Assembly: GCA_963762565.1 (NCBI GenBank)
Contig: CAVXLD010000001.1
Coordinates: 1,024,001-1,088,000 of the forward strand
DNA from: an uncultured Verrucomicrobiae bacterium
GTDB lineage: Bacteria > Verrucomicrobiota > Verrucomicrobiia > Chthoniobacterales > JAFAMB01
Length of the DNA: 64,000 nt
Direction of reading: 5' to 3'
The notes under the pieces are model-generated. The model was not told the origin of the DNA, searched no databases, and saw only the letters and a list, made by a program, of their open reading frames with translations. The translations under genes were made by a program, and so were the position numbers. Shown here one piece after another: positions 10,360 to 20,571 of this stretch (position 1 is its first letter; each line of letters opens with the position of its first letter).

Positions 10360-10406
10360 TTTGGCGCCACAACCTCTTCGCAGGGCAGAGCAGGGCAGAC
10401 ATACCA

Positions 10407-10431
10407 GTCCGGGGCGCTCAGCGCCCCGGAC
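10407..10431. terminator. Perfect GC-rich hairpin between the convergent porin genes
   Basis: gtccggggcgc-tca-gcgccccggac, 11-bp stem; no U-tract. Confidence 0.5.
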
Positions 10432-10446
10432 CCATCTTCTCACTCA

Positions 10447-11748
10447 CTAAAACTCCAGGATGATGTCGAGCCCCAGAGTCCATTGACTCTGAGACGAGCC
10501 CTGAGCGAACGGTTGGCTGTTGTTCAACGCCCGGTCGTAGCGTGCTTCAGGTCGAATCAACAGACCAGCTAGCGGTTTAGGCACCGGAGGTTTAATGGTA
10601 ACGCCCAAAGTCGTTTCGAAATACGTCGTGTTCCCACCACTGTAGTCACTTGGGTCAGACGGAATTGGGTCTCCTCGCTCAAGATGAATGAAATCGTTGT
10701 TATCCGCAAATTCGGCTACGAAGAAACCCTTGTCATCCCGCCAGATCTCACTTCTAAGGCCAAGGGTTAACCAGTCGTTAACTGCGTAAGTAAAATATTG
10801 AGCAACACCGCCGGCCCAGGCATTTACCGATGCCTCGTAGACGAAGTTAATATCAGTGATCCAGGTTAAAGCTTTCGTTACCTTCCAGGTGGTTGTTATA
10901 TCATTTAAATAGCGATAGTCATGATTGTTGCCTGGGTCTTCCGGTCCGATGTGAGTCAAAGCGACGGTAGCCAAATTTCCATCCAGCAGGTTCAAGCCGA
11001 AACCTCCTTCAAAGGCAAGGGAACTATTATTGTCTTTGAAAGTGGCGTTCTCACCTCGATTGAGTCCGCCATACAAGTCGAGGTATTTGTTGACGTGAAA
11101 AATGGCGAGGAACCCGGTATCAGTAGTTGGCACGCCAAAGTTAAAGATGTAGCTGTGCGAATAGAATACGTTGTTCCGCGGATCGATGGTTTCAGCGCTC
11201 ATAGGGTCGGCATATTTTCCGACTTTGAGGTCGAGTCCTCCGGTCGTGCCGATCGGGATGTGCGCACTGACATAAACTTCAGGAAAATCCGGCTGTATCC
11301 GAGAGTCGGTCGCTAGGTCCAGAAGTCCCATCGACTTTGTATAACGAGAATCGCTTCCTTCCATGAACCAAGCCTTGAAGCCCCAATCAAAGCCGGTCGC
11401 GTTCGGATCTAAGGCACGTTCCGCGACAATTGAGACTTGGTTCAAGAGCGGTTCGTTTGCCCGATCTGTATACAAATGCCCAAAGTTATGGTTATCGATT
11501 GGCGAATCCGGGTTTCCCGTAATTCCTCCCTCAATCCAGCCGTAGAGTTTGAATCGGGGCTCTGGCGGCTTCGGCGTTTCGACTGCCTTCTTTCCATCCT
11601 TTACTGCTTTACCGTCTGGCGCCGGCGAGGGTGAAGTTGCCACGGTCTGGCTAAAGGCCGGCGGACAAAAACTTAAAACGCACAGCAGCCCGAAGGCAGC
11701 CGCCGCAGCACGTCGTTGTGCGACTCTCATGAATTGATTTCTTTCCAA
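10447..11748 (-). CDS. Outer-membrane beta-barrel porin (BBP2/DUF1597-like)
   Basis: Signal peptide, LYGWIEGG, DWGFK, FYSHSYIFNF, IRPEARYD and a C-terminal Phe. Confidence 0.85.
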   Translation of the reverse strand: MERNQFMRVAQRRAAAAAFGLLCVLSFCPPAFSQTVATSPSPAPDGKAVKDGKKAVETPKPPEPRFKLYGWIEGGITGNPDSPIDNHNFGHLYTDRANEPLLNQVSIVAERALDPNATGFDWGFKAWFMEGSDSRYTKSMGLLDLATDSRIQPDFPEVYVSAHIPIGTTGGLDLKVGKYADPMSAETIDPRNNVFYSHSYIFNFGVPTTDTGFLAIFHVNKYLDLYGGLNRGENATFKDNNSSLAFEGGFGLNLLDGNLATVALTHIGPEDPGNNHDYRYLNDITTTWKVTKALTWITDINFVYEASVNAWAGGVAQYFTYAVNDWLTLGLRSEIWRDDKGFFVAEFADNNDFIHLERGDPIPSDPSDYSGGNTTYFETTLGVTIKPPVPKPLAGLLIRPEARYDRALNNSQPFAQGSSQSQWTLGLDIILEF

Positions 11749-12175
11749 TGATATAGAGGCGGCTCAGATCCTATGCTAAAGCCGCTGTTGGTTAAGGTGG
11801 TTAAGGCTAAGGATGAATCCCTTTGGAGACTGACAACTATGTTTTACCCGAATGCCCAGACAGCAGGAAACCTACCAATCGACAGGAAGCACCCATCAAA
11901 ATGCATTTAGTAAACCAAAATAACGGGTTCGTACCGTGAGGGTTAACGCTGTTGCTCGATCCCGAGCTCGACGTTAAGAGGCACGCTACTTCTCCCTTTG
12001 CTCCGCATATGTACTCTCGCTTTTGCGAGTTTTCTTTCCTGCGAAGATCGCAATTTTCACCGCTCAGCACCAACCACGAGAGCCACTCCTTTCGGGCGCT
12101 TTCGTGGGTGATCACCGCCGCAAGCCGAGCTCCCCTGTTTATCTAGGGAGCGCGGCTTTAAGGACGCCGGTCGCG

Positions 12176-14011
12176 TTATGCGTTGGACGGCACCAAGACA
12201 GATTTTGCCTTCTTTTTACTGGCGCCCAAGAAATAGAACGCGCCGTAGAGACCCCAAACCGCAGCAATTGCTAGCGCCACATAAGGCTCCTTAAAACTCA
12301 TGCCCGCGACCGAGAACGGTCCGATCAAGTAGAAGAGCATACAAAGCAGATTCGCGACCAGACCGAACACTGGCACCACGACGTGCTTAAATCCATGGAA
12401 GGAGTGATGCTCCCGAAAGGCAACAATCGCCAGGATACAGGTCATCATGTAGAGCAAGAACGTACCGAAGTTGCTCGTCAGTGTGATGATGAGCAAGCTT
12501 TGCGGTATGTTAACCGCCATGTCATGAGGCCAGACACCGAACGAATACCAGAAATTCTTCGGAAGGGCGTTGATTGCGTCCGTGGTTTGGGCAGCTCCGC
12601 CGCAGAAGTAGAAGATTACTCCAAAGATACCAATGATGATCGAGATAATGGCTAACGTCCAAATCGACCGGTACGGTGTCAGGTTTTTCGGATGGAGCAC
12701 ACCCAGGTTACCAGCGAGCTCGTCGTCGCGACCCATAGCGTAGGTGACGCGCGCTCCGGTGTTAATACACGCCAGGGTTGTACCGATGAGTGCAAGAAAA
12801 ACGGTGATTGCTTGGATGAACATGAACCACCATCCCGCTTGCGCGCTACCAAAAACCCAGGTGCCAACGATCTGCATCATATCTCCGATCGGCGCCGGCG
12901 ATGCGGAAGCTGTCGTGGCCGTGTAACCGCTGTTCAAAAAGAAGTTCGCTCCAAAATATTCGAACAGGTAACAGAATGCGCCCTGAATCGCGAGCGATAG
13001 CAGCACAGCTCGAGGGATATCCCGCTTGGCGTTCTTCGCCTCTTCACCCATCGACGTAACCGATTCGAATCCGACGAGAATGAGAATAGCAATACACGCC
13101 TGGACGAATACAAAACTGAATCCGTGCGGAGCAATCACCGAAGCCGCATCAGGATGAAACTCAAAAGTATCCGCCGGATTCTTTGGGTCGCTCCCTTTGT
13201 CGACGGCGTGATCCGGCGCATAGGTCAGGGTGTAATCTTTGTCGGTGCCGTCAGCATTTTTTTCGAAGACGAAATTTCCGTCTTTATCCTTCACCGGACC
13301 CGTGGTTTCGACCCCTTTATCATCCTTGGTTGTCGCCGTCGCGATCACCTTTGAAATCGGGGTTCCGTTCGGATCCAGCGTGATCCCTTTTGACCCCTCC
13401 ACGTGATTTATGCGATACGCAATCGCAATCACTGTGAATACGATGAGCGCCGAGATCTGGATCACATTGATGGCGAGGTTCACCGCGGTTGAGGCGTTCA
13501 CCCCGGAATAAGCAATCCATCCCACAAACAACGGGAAAACGACACAGAACAGGATCATCAAAACCGGACTCGGTGTCGCCGCGCTGAACACGCTGGGAAA
13601 TAACTGGCCAGCGAGATATCCGACCAGCAGTGCGGTCACGGTCACCATCACTCCCGGGTATACCCAGTAGTAGAGGTGACTGGCCCAGCCCACGGTAAAC
13701 TTCGCAATCCGAGCGAACTTGAAGGCTTTCGATTTCGATAGGAAAGCCTGTTCGGCGAAGAAGTACGATGATCCCGCGCCGGGATACAGTTTAGAAAGCT
13801 CGGCATAAGAGATGGCCGTCGCGAAACAAAGCAACAGCGCCAATAAAATGCCGAACCACATCCCAATTGCGGCCATAGGTTGGCCGTAGAGACATTGTTG
13901 AGCAAAGGTCAACCAAAGGAATGCACCAGGCGCAATCAGTGCCATGGCATTCACGGTTAGACCGGTTAAGCCGAGAGTCGGCTTGGTTTGAGGTGCAGGG
14001 GTTTCTGACAT
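12176..14011 (-). CDS. APC family amino acid/polyamine permease
   Basis: About 12 TM segments; AISYAEL...GSSY, GFES...GEEAKN and ARVTYAMGRD motifs. Confidence 0.9.
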   Translation of the reverse strand: MSETPAPQTKPTLGLTGLTVNAMALIAPGAFLWLTFAQQCLYGQPMAAIGMWFGILLALLLCFATAISYAELSKLYPGAGSSYFFAEQAFLSKSKAFKFARIAKFTVGWASHLYYWVYPGVMVTVTALLVGYLAGQLFPSVFSAATPSPVLMILFCVVFPLFVGWIAYSGVNASTAVNLAINVIQISALIVFTVIAIAYRINHVEGSKGITLDPNGTPISKVIATATTKDDKGVETTGPVKDKDGNFVFEKNADGTDKDYTLTYAPDHAVDKGSDPKNPADTFEFHPDAASVIAPHGFSFVFVQACIAILILVGFESVTSMGEEAKNAKRDIPRAVLLSLAIQGAFCYLFEYFGANFFLNSGYTATTASASPAPIGDMMQIVGTWVFGSAQAGWWFMFIQAITVFLALIGTTLACINTGARVTYAMGRDDELAGNLGVLHPKNLTPYRSIWTLAIISIIIGIFGVIFYFCGGAAQTTDAINALPKNFWYSFGVWPHDMAVNIPQSLLIITLTSNFGTFLLYMMTCILAIVAFREHHSFHGFKHVVVPVFGLVANLLCMLFYLIGPFSVAGMSFKEPYVALAIAAVWGLYGAFYFLGASKKKAKSVLVPSNA

Positions 14012-14028
14012 ACCGCGGAGTGCGTCTA

Positions 14029-14044
14029 AGCAGCAGTCATGCCA
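14029..14044 (-). promoter_or_regulatory. Putative sigma54 promoter of the APC permease
   Basis: Minus strand TGGCATGACTGCTGCT (GG-N10-GC), 17 nt upstream of the ATG. Confidence 0.6.
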
Positions 14045-14324
14045 ATCGCCGGATAACCACCTATTCCCCTCCAGAAATTGGGTTATTGCCTCAAATCCGT
14101 CACATCCGAGTTTTTTACGATCTAAATTGATTAAAAACAGACACGCCTGACCACTATCATGCAGTCCGGGTCCAGTTTATTTTTGTTCTTCTGCGGTTGA
14201 CGATCTTTCTCAGTTTCATCTTTCTGCAGAAATGCGGCTGAACCGAGGATGGCCCTAGTACATTGTCTTTGTCCACCCGAACTCAGGTCTACTATGTTAA
14301 CGCAACTGATTGATCCGGAAGCCT

Positions 14325-15284
14325 ATGGTTAAGTCTTTTCACGATCTATCCGACAAAGAAATCCTCGCTCTAGCCATCTCCCTGGAGGAAGAGGATGGAA
14401 AAATCTACGGAGAGTTTGCTGACCGCCTCAAAGAGAATTTCCCGGCGACCGCTTCCTCGCTCGAGTTGATGCGCCAGCAGGAATCCAGTCATCGGCGACA
14501 ATTGATCGATCTGTTTCAGCAACGGTTTGGCGAAAAAATTCCTCTAATTAGACGACAGGATGTAAAGGGATTCATCCATCGCCCGCCTATCTGGCTGAAC
14601 CCGACTTTGTCGCCTAAACGCGTTCGGAACCAGGTCCAGACGATGGAATCGGAGACTCGACGATTCTACCAGCGGGCTCTAGCCAGGACTACGGACGCAG
14701 AAACCCGCAAACTGCTCGGCGATCTAGTAGCGACCGAAACGGAGCACGAACATTTCGCGATCGAAGAGATGAGCCGAAAAGACAAAGAAGGCGCCAGGGA
14801 GGCTGAAGATGAATCGGCTCGAAGACTTTTTGTTCTCCAGGTGGTCCAGCCCGGCCTGGCAGGCTTAATGGATGGCTCGGTTTCAACATTAGCCCCGGTG
14901 TTTGCCGCCGCTTTTGCGACCCGAAACAGTTGGGACGCCTTTTTGGTAGGGATCGCGGCTTCGGTCGGAGCGGGTATCAGCATGGGATTTGCCGAATCGC
15001 TCTCTGACGATGGCGCGCTGAGCGGTCGCGGCCAACCGGTGGTGCGCGGTGTAGTATGCGGACTAATGACCACTCTGGGAGGTATCGGCCACACGTTACC
15101 GTTCCTGATTCCGACTTTTTTATGGGCCACAGCCATCGCCGTGGTCGTAGTCGCCATTGAGCTCGGCGTTATCGCGTGGATCCGCAATCATTTCATGGAT
15201 ACCCCTTTGCTGTCGGCAATCTTCCAGGTCGTCCTCGGCGGTGTCCTTGTATTTATCGCTGGTATCTTGATTGGGTCTGCGTGA
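14325..15284 (+). CDS. mbfA: Iron exporter MbfA (rubrerythrin/ferritin-like domain + VIT1/CCC1 domain)
   Basis: [11 protein letters not shown]...ExxH ferritin motifs followed by [17 protein letters not shown] and SDDG. Confidence 0.9.
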   Translation: MVKSFHDLSDKEILALAISLEEEDGKIYGEFADRLKENFPATASSLELMRQQESSHRRQLIDLFQQRFGEKIPLIRRQDVKGFIHRPPIWLNPTLSPKRVRNQVQTMESETRRFYQRALARTTDAETRKLLGDLVATETEHEHFAIEEMSRKDKEGAREAEDESARRLFVLQVVQPGLAGLMDGSVSTLAPVFAAAFATRNSWDAFLVGIAASVGAGISMGFAESLSDDGALSGRGQPVVRGVVCGLMTTLGGIGHTLPFLIPTFLWATAIAVVVVAIELGVIAWIRNHFMDTPLLSAIFQVVLGGVLVFIAGILIGSA

Positions 15285-15416
15285 GAGGCGTCAGCGAATC
15301 GTCCTCGTCGTCCCGCCTCCGCAAGGCCTACGGCGCGGCAGGCTGTCCTCGTCCTCGAAAGATGTTTTTGGCCGAGAGGATTTTTCTAAGACTGCGTTTG
15401 ATTTGGTCCCATGACA

Positions 15417-15678
15417 CCTGGAGGGGAGCCGCTTCGTAGGACGGCAGGTCTATAGGTCGGCAGCCACCGAAAGGCTTCGGGGCGGGCAGGCGGCTCCCGG
15501 GAACTACCCAACGTCAGGCCTTTACCAAGCAGCGCCTATATTAAGCCCACCAAATTCAGAAACGCCTACAGATCTGCCGGGTTATGGGTCATTCCCGGGA
15601 GCCGCTTGTTTACCCCGAAGCCTTTCGGTGGCTGCCATCCGCTAGACTTGCCACGCTACAAAGCGGCTCCCCTCCAGG
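15417..15678. repeat. Palindromic MITE-like element, family C (CTGGAGGGGAGCCGC...GCGGCTCCCCTCCAG)
   Basis: Terminal IR plus nested internal IRs; copies at 36073-36309 and 53878-54202. Confidence 0.85.
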
Positions 15679-15928
15679 CGCTGGGTACGGGAACCCCACA
15701 GATCGCAGCCGCCCAATCGAGAACGATGACGATTTACGGCCCCAAAAGAATCGCCCATCCCTTCTTTGCATTCGCAGTCGATCGCAACTTCTCTATAATC
15801 GCGTCGACTTTAGAAATGCGAGATAGCCGCCCCCAGAGCTCATCATCGGTTTCGCACATCGGCGAAGCCGCGTCGTCCAGAGATGAATTCTACCCGGGCC
15901 ACTGAACCCGTTGATTAGGACTTAGCAC

Positions 15929-17167
15929 ATGCCCTGGAACGAACTCCGAAACCTGACCCGAAAACAATGGAATGCGATCATCGCCTGCTACCTCGGCTGG
16001 ACGCTGGACGCGTTTGACTATTTCATCCTCGTCTTCGTGTTCCCAGACATTGGCAAAACGTTCGGGGTCGAACATACCACCGTTACCTACGCGGTCTGGC
16101 TTACCCTCGCGATGCGGCCGATCGGCGCTTTTCTATTCGGAATATTGGCCGACCGATTTGGCCGGCGCCCCACGCTGATGCTCGACATCATCTGCTACTC
16201 CGTTCTGGGATTCGCTAGCGGCTTCGTAACCTCCCTGGGAATGCTTTATCTTGTGCGCGCACTTTTCGGGATCGCCATGGGCGGAGAATGGGGCGTCGGT
16301 TCTTCCCTGACCATGGAGACAATCCCGCCTTCCGCTCGAGGCCTCATTTCCGGCCTTCTACAAGCCGGTTATCCTTCCGGCTATTTACTCGCATCGATCG
16401 CCTACGGGCTGCTTTTTGATCATATCGGGTGGCGTGGAATGTTCATGATCGGTGTACTCCCAGCGCTACTCGTGGTCTTCGTCCGAGCGGGCGTCGACGA
16501 ATCACCTTCCTGGCTGGAGAGAAAACCGAGCACCATGCAGATCGTTGGATCGGTCGCCCGTCATTTTCCGCTCTTCATCTTCGTGGTGCTATTGATGACG
16601 GCTTTCAATCTCTACAGCCACGGGACTCAGGACGTTTATCCCGCCTTCCTGAAGGTGCAGCACAAGTTCAATTCAGAAACGATCGGTATAATCAATGCCG
16701 TCGCCGCCATCGGAGCGATTCTTGGTGGCCTGGTATTTGGCGGGTTTTCCCAGCAGATCGGCCGGCGGAAAGCCATCGTGATTGCTGCTCTCATTTCCAT
16801 CTTGGTTATTCCGATGTGGGCGGGCGCTTTATGGGACATTGCCCCCGTCCTGACCGTGGGCGCATTCTTAATGCAGTTCATGGTCCAAGGGGCCTGGGGA
16901 GTTATCCCGGCTCATCTCAACGAGCTATCGCCTAATGACGTCCGGGGCACGTTCCCCGGATTTGGATATCAGATCGGCAATTTCTTTGCCGCCGGAATCC
17001 TGACGTTTCAAACCGGTGTAGCCGAGGCGCATAGCAACAACTTCGGCGGTGTCATGGCCATCGTCACGGGTGTGGTCGCGGTAGCCGTCGCCCTGTTCGC
17101 GGGTTTCGGCCCACAGGCGAAAGAAGTTCAATTCAGCGGCACAACCGCGTCAGCATCGACGGAATGA
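15929..17167 (+). CDS. MFS transporter, sialate/carboxylate:H+ symporter (SHS, NanT/Jen-like)
   Basis: GWTLDAFD, DRFGRR, GIAMGGEWG, SHGTQD and HLNELSP motifs. Confidence 0.88.
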   Translation: MPWNELRNLTRKQWNAIIACYLGWTLDAFDYFILVFVFPDIGKTFGVEHTTVTYAVWLTLAMRPIGAFLFGILADRFGRRPTLMLDIICYSVLGFASGFVTSLGMLYLVRALFGIAMGGEWGVGSSLTMETIPPSARGLISGLLQAGYPSGYLLASIAYGLLFDHIGWRGMFMIGVLPALLVVFVRAGVDESPSWLERKPSTMQIVGSVARHFPLFIFVVLLMTAFNLYSHGTQDVYPAFLKVQHKFNSETIGIINAVAAIGAILGGLVFGGFSQQIGRRKAIVIAALISILVIPMWAGALWDIAPVLTVGAFLMQFMVQGAWGVIPAHLNELSPNDVRGTFPGFGYQIGNFFAAGILTFQTGVAEAHSNNFGGVMAIVTGVVAVAVALFAGFGPQAKEVQFSGTTASASTE

Positions 17168-17281
17168 CAAATAACAAATGACAGATGACAGATCGCGGCT
17201 TTCCCTGTCCGAAGGACGATCTGGCGTCGGTATTACTGCTTACTGCTTACTGCTTACTTTCCCAGCGGTTCGTTGCACCCC

Positions 17282-18367
17282 TTAATCCGCAGACTCCAAT
17301 GATCGATCCACTTCCCTTGCGGATGCTCTCCCCGTCAGGGCCATGGCGTAGTTGAATTCTCGAAGCAAAAGATCCACGCACCTCGCGACACCCTCCTCGC
17401 CCCCGACCGACAATGCGTAAAGGTAAGGCCGACCAATCATAACAGCGGTAGCGCCGCGCGCCAGCGCTTTGAGCACATCTGTTCCCCGGCGGATACCACC
17501 ATCCACGATGACGGGGACTCTTCCGGCGACTCGGCTGCAGACACCAGGTAATGCATCAATCGTCGCGGGCAGCGTGTCCAAGTTACGTGCGCCGTGGTTT
17601 GAAACCATAATCCCATCCACTCCCATTTGGATCGCTTGATCGGCATCTGCAGGATGGAGAATGCCCTTGAGCCAAAGCTTAGCTTTTACAACCGAGCGCA
17701 ACCACGCGATATCGTCCCATTGCAGCGGGCTATGCAGACTCGGATCCATTCTCCCTCGAGCCCCTGACCCACTACGATTGTGCGGAGTCACTATACCGGG
17801 CGGCAATTGAAAGCCCGCCCGAAGCTGCCGGGTTCTAACCCCTAAAACCGGAGTATCAACCGTAACACAGATCGCCTCACAACCCGCTGCCTCGACTCGT
17901 TGAATCAAGTCCAGCGTCACGCTCCGATCATGTTGTACATAAAGCTGAAACCAAAGAGGCGCACTAGCGACGCCGGCGAGTTCTTCGATCGCAACGGTCG
18001 TATTCGTACTTACAACGAACGGGACGCCGGCCTTCCCCGCACCCAGAGTGGTACCAGTTTCACCCAACGGATGCATCGTCTTTTGATACGCTGCCGGGGC
18101 CAATAAGACCGGTGAACGCAGCTCCTTGCCAAAGAGAGAGACACGGGTATCGATCGTGCGCACATCCCTCAGGACTCTCGGCCAGATTCGGATCCGATCG
18201 TAAGCTCTCTCGTTATCGCCGAGCGTAAACTCATTGCCGGCCCCGCTAGCCACGTATTCGTAAACAGCATGCGGCAGCACCTGTTTCGCTGCAGGCTCGA
18301 AATCCGAGAGAGCAAGAAATTGTTCTAGAGGAATCGGGGACTTGGTTTGATCCGGTACTGGATTCAT
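17282..18367 (-). CDS. FMN-dependent alpha-hydroxy-acid oxidase/dehydrogenase
   Basis: WFQLY, TVDTP, LKGI, SNHGARNLD, DGGIRRGTD and GRPYLY motifs; start uncertain. Confidence 0.92.
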   Translation of the reverse strand: MNPVPDQTKSPIPLEQFLALSDFEPAAKQVLPHAVYEYVASGAGNEFTLGDNERAYDRIRIWPRVLRDVRTIDTRVSLFGKELRSPVLLAPAAYQKTMHPLGETGTTLGAGKAGVPFVVSTNTTVAIEELAGVASAPLWFQLYVQHDRSVTLDLIQRVEAAGCEAICVTVDTPVLGVRTRQLRAGFQLPPGIVTPHNRSGSGARGRMDPSLHSPLQWDDIAWLRSVVKAKLWLKGILHPADADQAIQMGVDGIMVSNHGARNLDTLPATIDALPGVCSRVAGRVPVIVDGGIRRGTDVLKALARGATAVMIGRPYLYALSVGGEEGVARCVDLLLREFNYAMALTGRASAREVDRSLESAD

Positions 18368-18479
18368 CACTGGGGCTTTTGAACCCCTGGCACGAGCTAA
18401 CACTATATTTAATCCCGCAAAGGAGGGTTAGGCCCCAGACGCCGGGAACCCAACCACGCCGAACGCCAAACGCCAAACG

Positions 18480-18929
18480 CTATATGTCTACTCCGAAACC
18501 AACTTCTGCCACAAACTCGAAGAAATCTTCATAGTCCGTATAGCTGAGGTCCCCGCCGGCTCCCTGTTCAGCCACCCACACGTCCTTCGAGCAAACACCG
18601 TTTTCGACTAGGAAGGCATAGAAGTTCCCGTCGCTATCCTCTGCAAACGGACAGCCGGTCTCCCGATTAAACTCTTCCTTCCCATCCCACATGGAAAACT
18701 GGCTCTCCGGGTCCGGCGATAGCACCGTAATTGTGCCGATCTCTCCGGCACCATATTTCTTAACAAAATACCGATATTCCTCGGGGAATTTAAACCCGGC
18801 CTTCTGCTCAAATTTGATAATCTTATCCTCCTTGATCGGATCCTCCCGCACCAAGAACTCAGAGCTCAGCTGGTCTGGGTCTTCTTCTCGGATTTCGTTA
18901 ATTAGGTTGTCGAAATCTTCCTGAGTCAT
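18480..18929 (-). CDS. SMI1/KNR4 (SUKH) family protein
   Basis: I..FE...GFKFPEEYRYF...YG and PFAEDSDGNFYAF pattern; very acidic. Confidence 0.8.
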   Translation of the reverse strand: MTQEDFDNLINEIREEDPDQLSSEFLVREDPIKEDKIIKFEQKAGFKFPEEYRYFVKKYGAGEIGTITVLSPDPESQFSMWDGKEEFNRETGCPFAEDSDGNFYAFLVENGVCSKDVWVAEQGAGGDLSYTDYEDFFEFVAEVGFGVDI

Positions 18930-18997
18930 AGCCGATGAAAGCCATACATTGCACCTTTCTTACCCGCAGCAAGTGCATAAACGCGTCATAGCGTTGA

Positions 18998-19086
18998 AAT
19001 GACAGATAACAAATGACAAATGACAGATTGTCGGCGGCTTACGGGAGACCAACGGGCACCAATTTGTCATCTGTCATTTGTCATTC
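18998..19086. repeat. Inverted heptamer arms (ATGACAA)n...(TTGTCAT)n
   Basis: Read directly; the same arms occur at 28091-28238, with solo arms at ~17164 and ~24977. Confidence 0.85.
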
Positions 19087-19108
19087 GCCATTCCTTCCAG
19101 GTTTTCCC

Positions 19109-19124
19109 TGGCACGAACCTGGCT
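19109..19124 (+). promoter_or_regulatory. Putative sigma54 promoter of cynS
   Basis: TGGCACGAACCTGGCT (GG-N10-GC with TGGCAC), 36 nt upstream of the ATG. Confidence 0.65.
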
Positions 19125-19160
19125 TTATAGAGGCGAGAATCCAACCTCGGCCACACATCT

Positions 19161-19610
19161 ATGTCCACCTCTCCATCCGAAGCCATCGCGCTAGTCCGGG
19201 AAGCAAAGGGAAAAAAAGGTCTGACCTGGGAGCAAATTGCGCAGCATGTCGGGCGCTCCCCTGTGTATATCACTTCAGCGTGTCTGGGCGAAAATAGCCT
19301 AATCCCGGAAGACGCCCAAAAGCTTGGCGCGCTCCTCGATCTGGGTCCGGACCTGGTCGCCCTCCTGCAATCCTGTCCTAAGAAGGGCTCAAGATCGCAG
19401 GACATTCCCAAGGACCCCCTGATGTACCGGTTCCATGAGATTAACTTGGTCTACGGAGATACGCTTAAAGAGTTGATTCACGAGAAATTTGGAGACGGGA
19501 TCATGAGTGCGATCGATTTCACGATGGACGTCGAGAAAGTGGAGGATCCCAAGGGAGACCGGGTCAAAGTGACGATGTGCGGCAAGTTTTTGCCTTATAA
19601 GAAGTGGTGA
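19161..19610 (+). CDS. cynS: Cyanase
   Basis: DPLMYRFHE, EKFGDGIMSAIDF and GKFLPY signatures. Confidence 0.97.
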   Translation: MSTSPSEAIALVREAKGKKGLTWEQIAQHVGRSPVYITSACLGENSLIPEDAQKLGALLDLGPDLVALLQSCPKKGSRSQDIPKDPLMYRFHEINLVYGDTLKELIHEKFGDGIMSAIDFTMDVEKVEDPKGDRVKVTMCGKFLPYKKW

Positions 19611-19615
19611 GAGAG

Positions 19616-19836
19616 AGGAGTCAGGAGCCAGGAGAAACGAGCGGGCGAAACGGCGAATGGGCGATTCGAGGCGCAAAGCGCTGGGCAGATTTTAGCCTGG
19701 CTGGCTGCTTTTTTGGAATGCGTACCTAGGACTCGCAAGCTCATCCGAGGGCTGCCGGACTAGGGTTTCCTTCCAGCGCTTTGCGCCTCGAATCGCCCAT
19801 TCGCCGTTTCGCCTACTCGCCCACTCCTGGCTCCTG
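19616..19836. repeat. Composite long inverted repeat (7-mer arm, 8-mer arm, GAGGCGCAAAGCGCTGG)
   Basis: 19616-19684 is the near reverse complement of 19773-19836. Confidence 0.85.
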
Positions 19837-19954
19837 TCTTAAAACAGCCACCTCTGACCAAGCCAGAGGCACCACGTGGTCTTTTCTTCCCATCGTAATA
19901 GTGAAAAACCTGGCACTTACTCCCACCTCCTCGGTCGATCCCATTTGGATGACC

Positions 19955-19970
19955 TGGCATAGCAGCTGCT
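19955..19970 (+). promoter_or_regulatory. Putative sigma54 promoter upstream of the PII-like/GSII operon
   Basis: TGGCATAGCAGCTGCT (GG-N10-GC), very similar to the APC permease site. Confidence 0.55.
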
Positions 19971-20177
19971 AACGTAAGCATTGGCTTCATTCGGGGGGAG
20001 GTCCGAATGTATATCGCGCGTAAGGAGAGGCCGGTTGAAACGGCGACGGGAAGAAGGGGTCGATCAACTTGAGCTGAGGGTGCGTGAAGTCTCTGGCGAG
20101 GAAGTGGGCTTGGAGGGAGCACCACTTCCTCGCTCCTCTCTGTTAGACGCGGTCAGGCACGGCGCAAAGTTGCCCGC

Positions 20178-20513
20178 ATGAAAAAAATTGAGGCGATCAT
20201 AAAGCCTTTCCAGCTAGAAGAAGTCAAATCCGGTCTTGCCGAATTGGGGATCGAAGGTATGACCGTTACCGAAGTCAAAGGGTTCCCCGTAGCTTTGGTT
20301 GAGCAAACAACCTACACAGGCCTGGGGGCTCCTCGTTTCTTACCCAAATTAAAAGTAGAACTGGTCGTAAGAAACGATTTGCTTGGCTCAGCGATTGCTG
20401 CCATTAAGGAATGCGCCCGCTCGGACCGAAATGACAACGGGAAAATTTTTGTGCAGGACCTCCTTGAAGTAATCCGTATTCGGACGGAAGAGCGCGGAGA
20501 ACGGGCGATTTAA
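20178..20513 (+). CDS. PII-family nitrogen regulatory protein with degenerate T- and B-loops
   Basis: MKKIEAIIKPF, GMTVTEVKGF, FLPK, GKIFV and IRIRT match GlnB; the T-loop is divergent. Confidence 0.9.
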   Translation: MKKIEAIIKPFQLEEVKSGLAELGIEGMTVTEVKGFPVALVEQTTYTGLGAPRFLPKLKVELVVRNDLLGSAIAAIKECARSDRNDNGKIFVQDLLEVIRIRTEERGERAI

Positions 20514-20571
20514 CCGGTACTCCTGCGACCCAATTCTCAAAGGCGAGCTAGCCTTTTCTAGAACTCAAATC

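Noticed and set aside
20155..20175. sigma54-like GGCAC/TTGC just before the PII ATG
   Set aside because: GG to GC spacing is 9 or 14, not 10, and the site is too close to the start codon.
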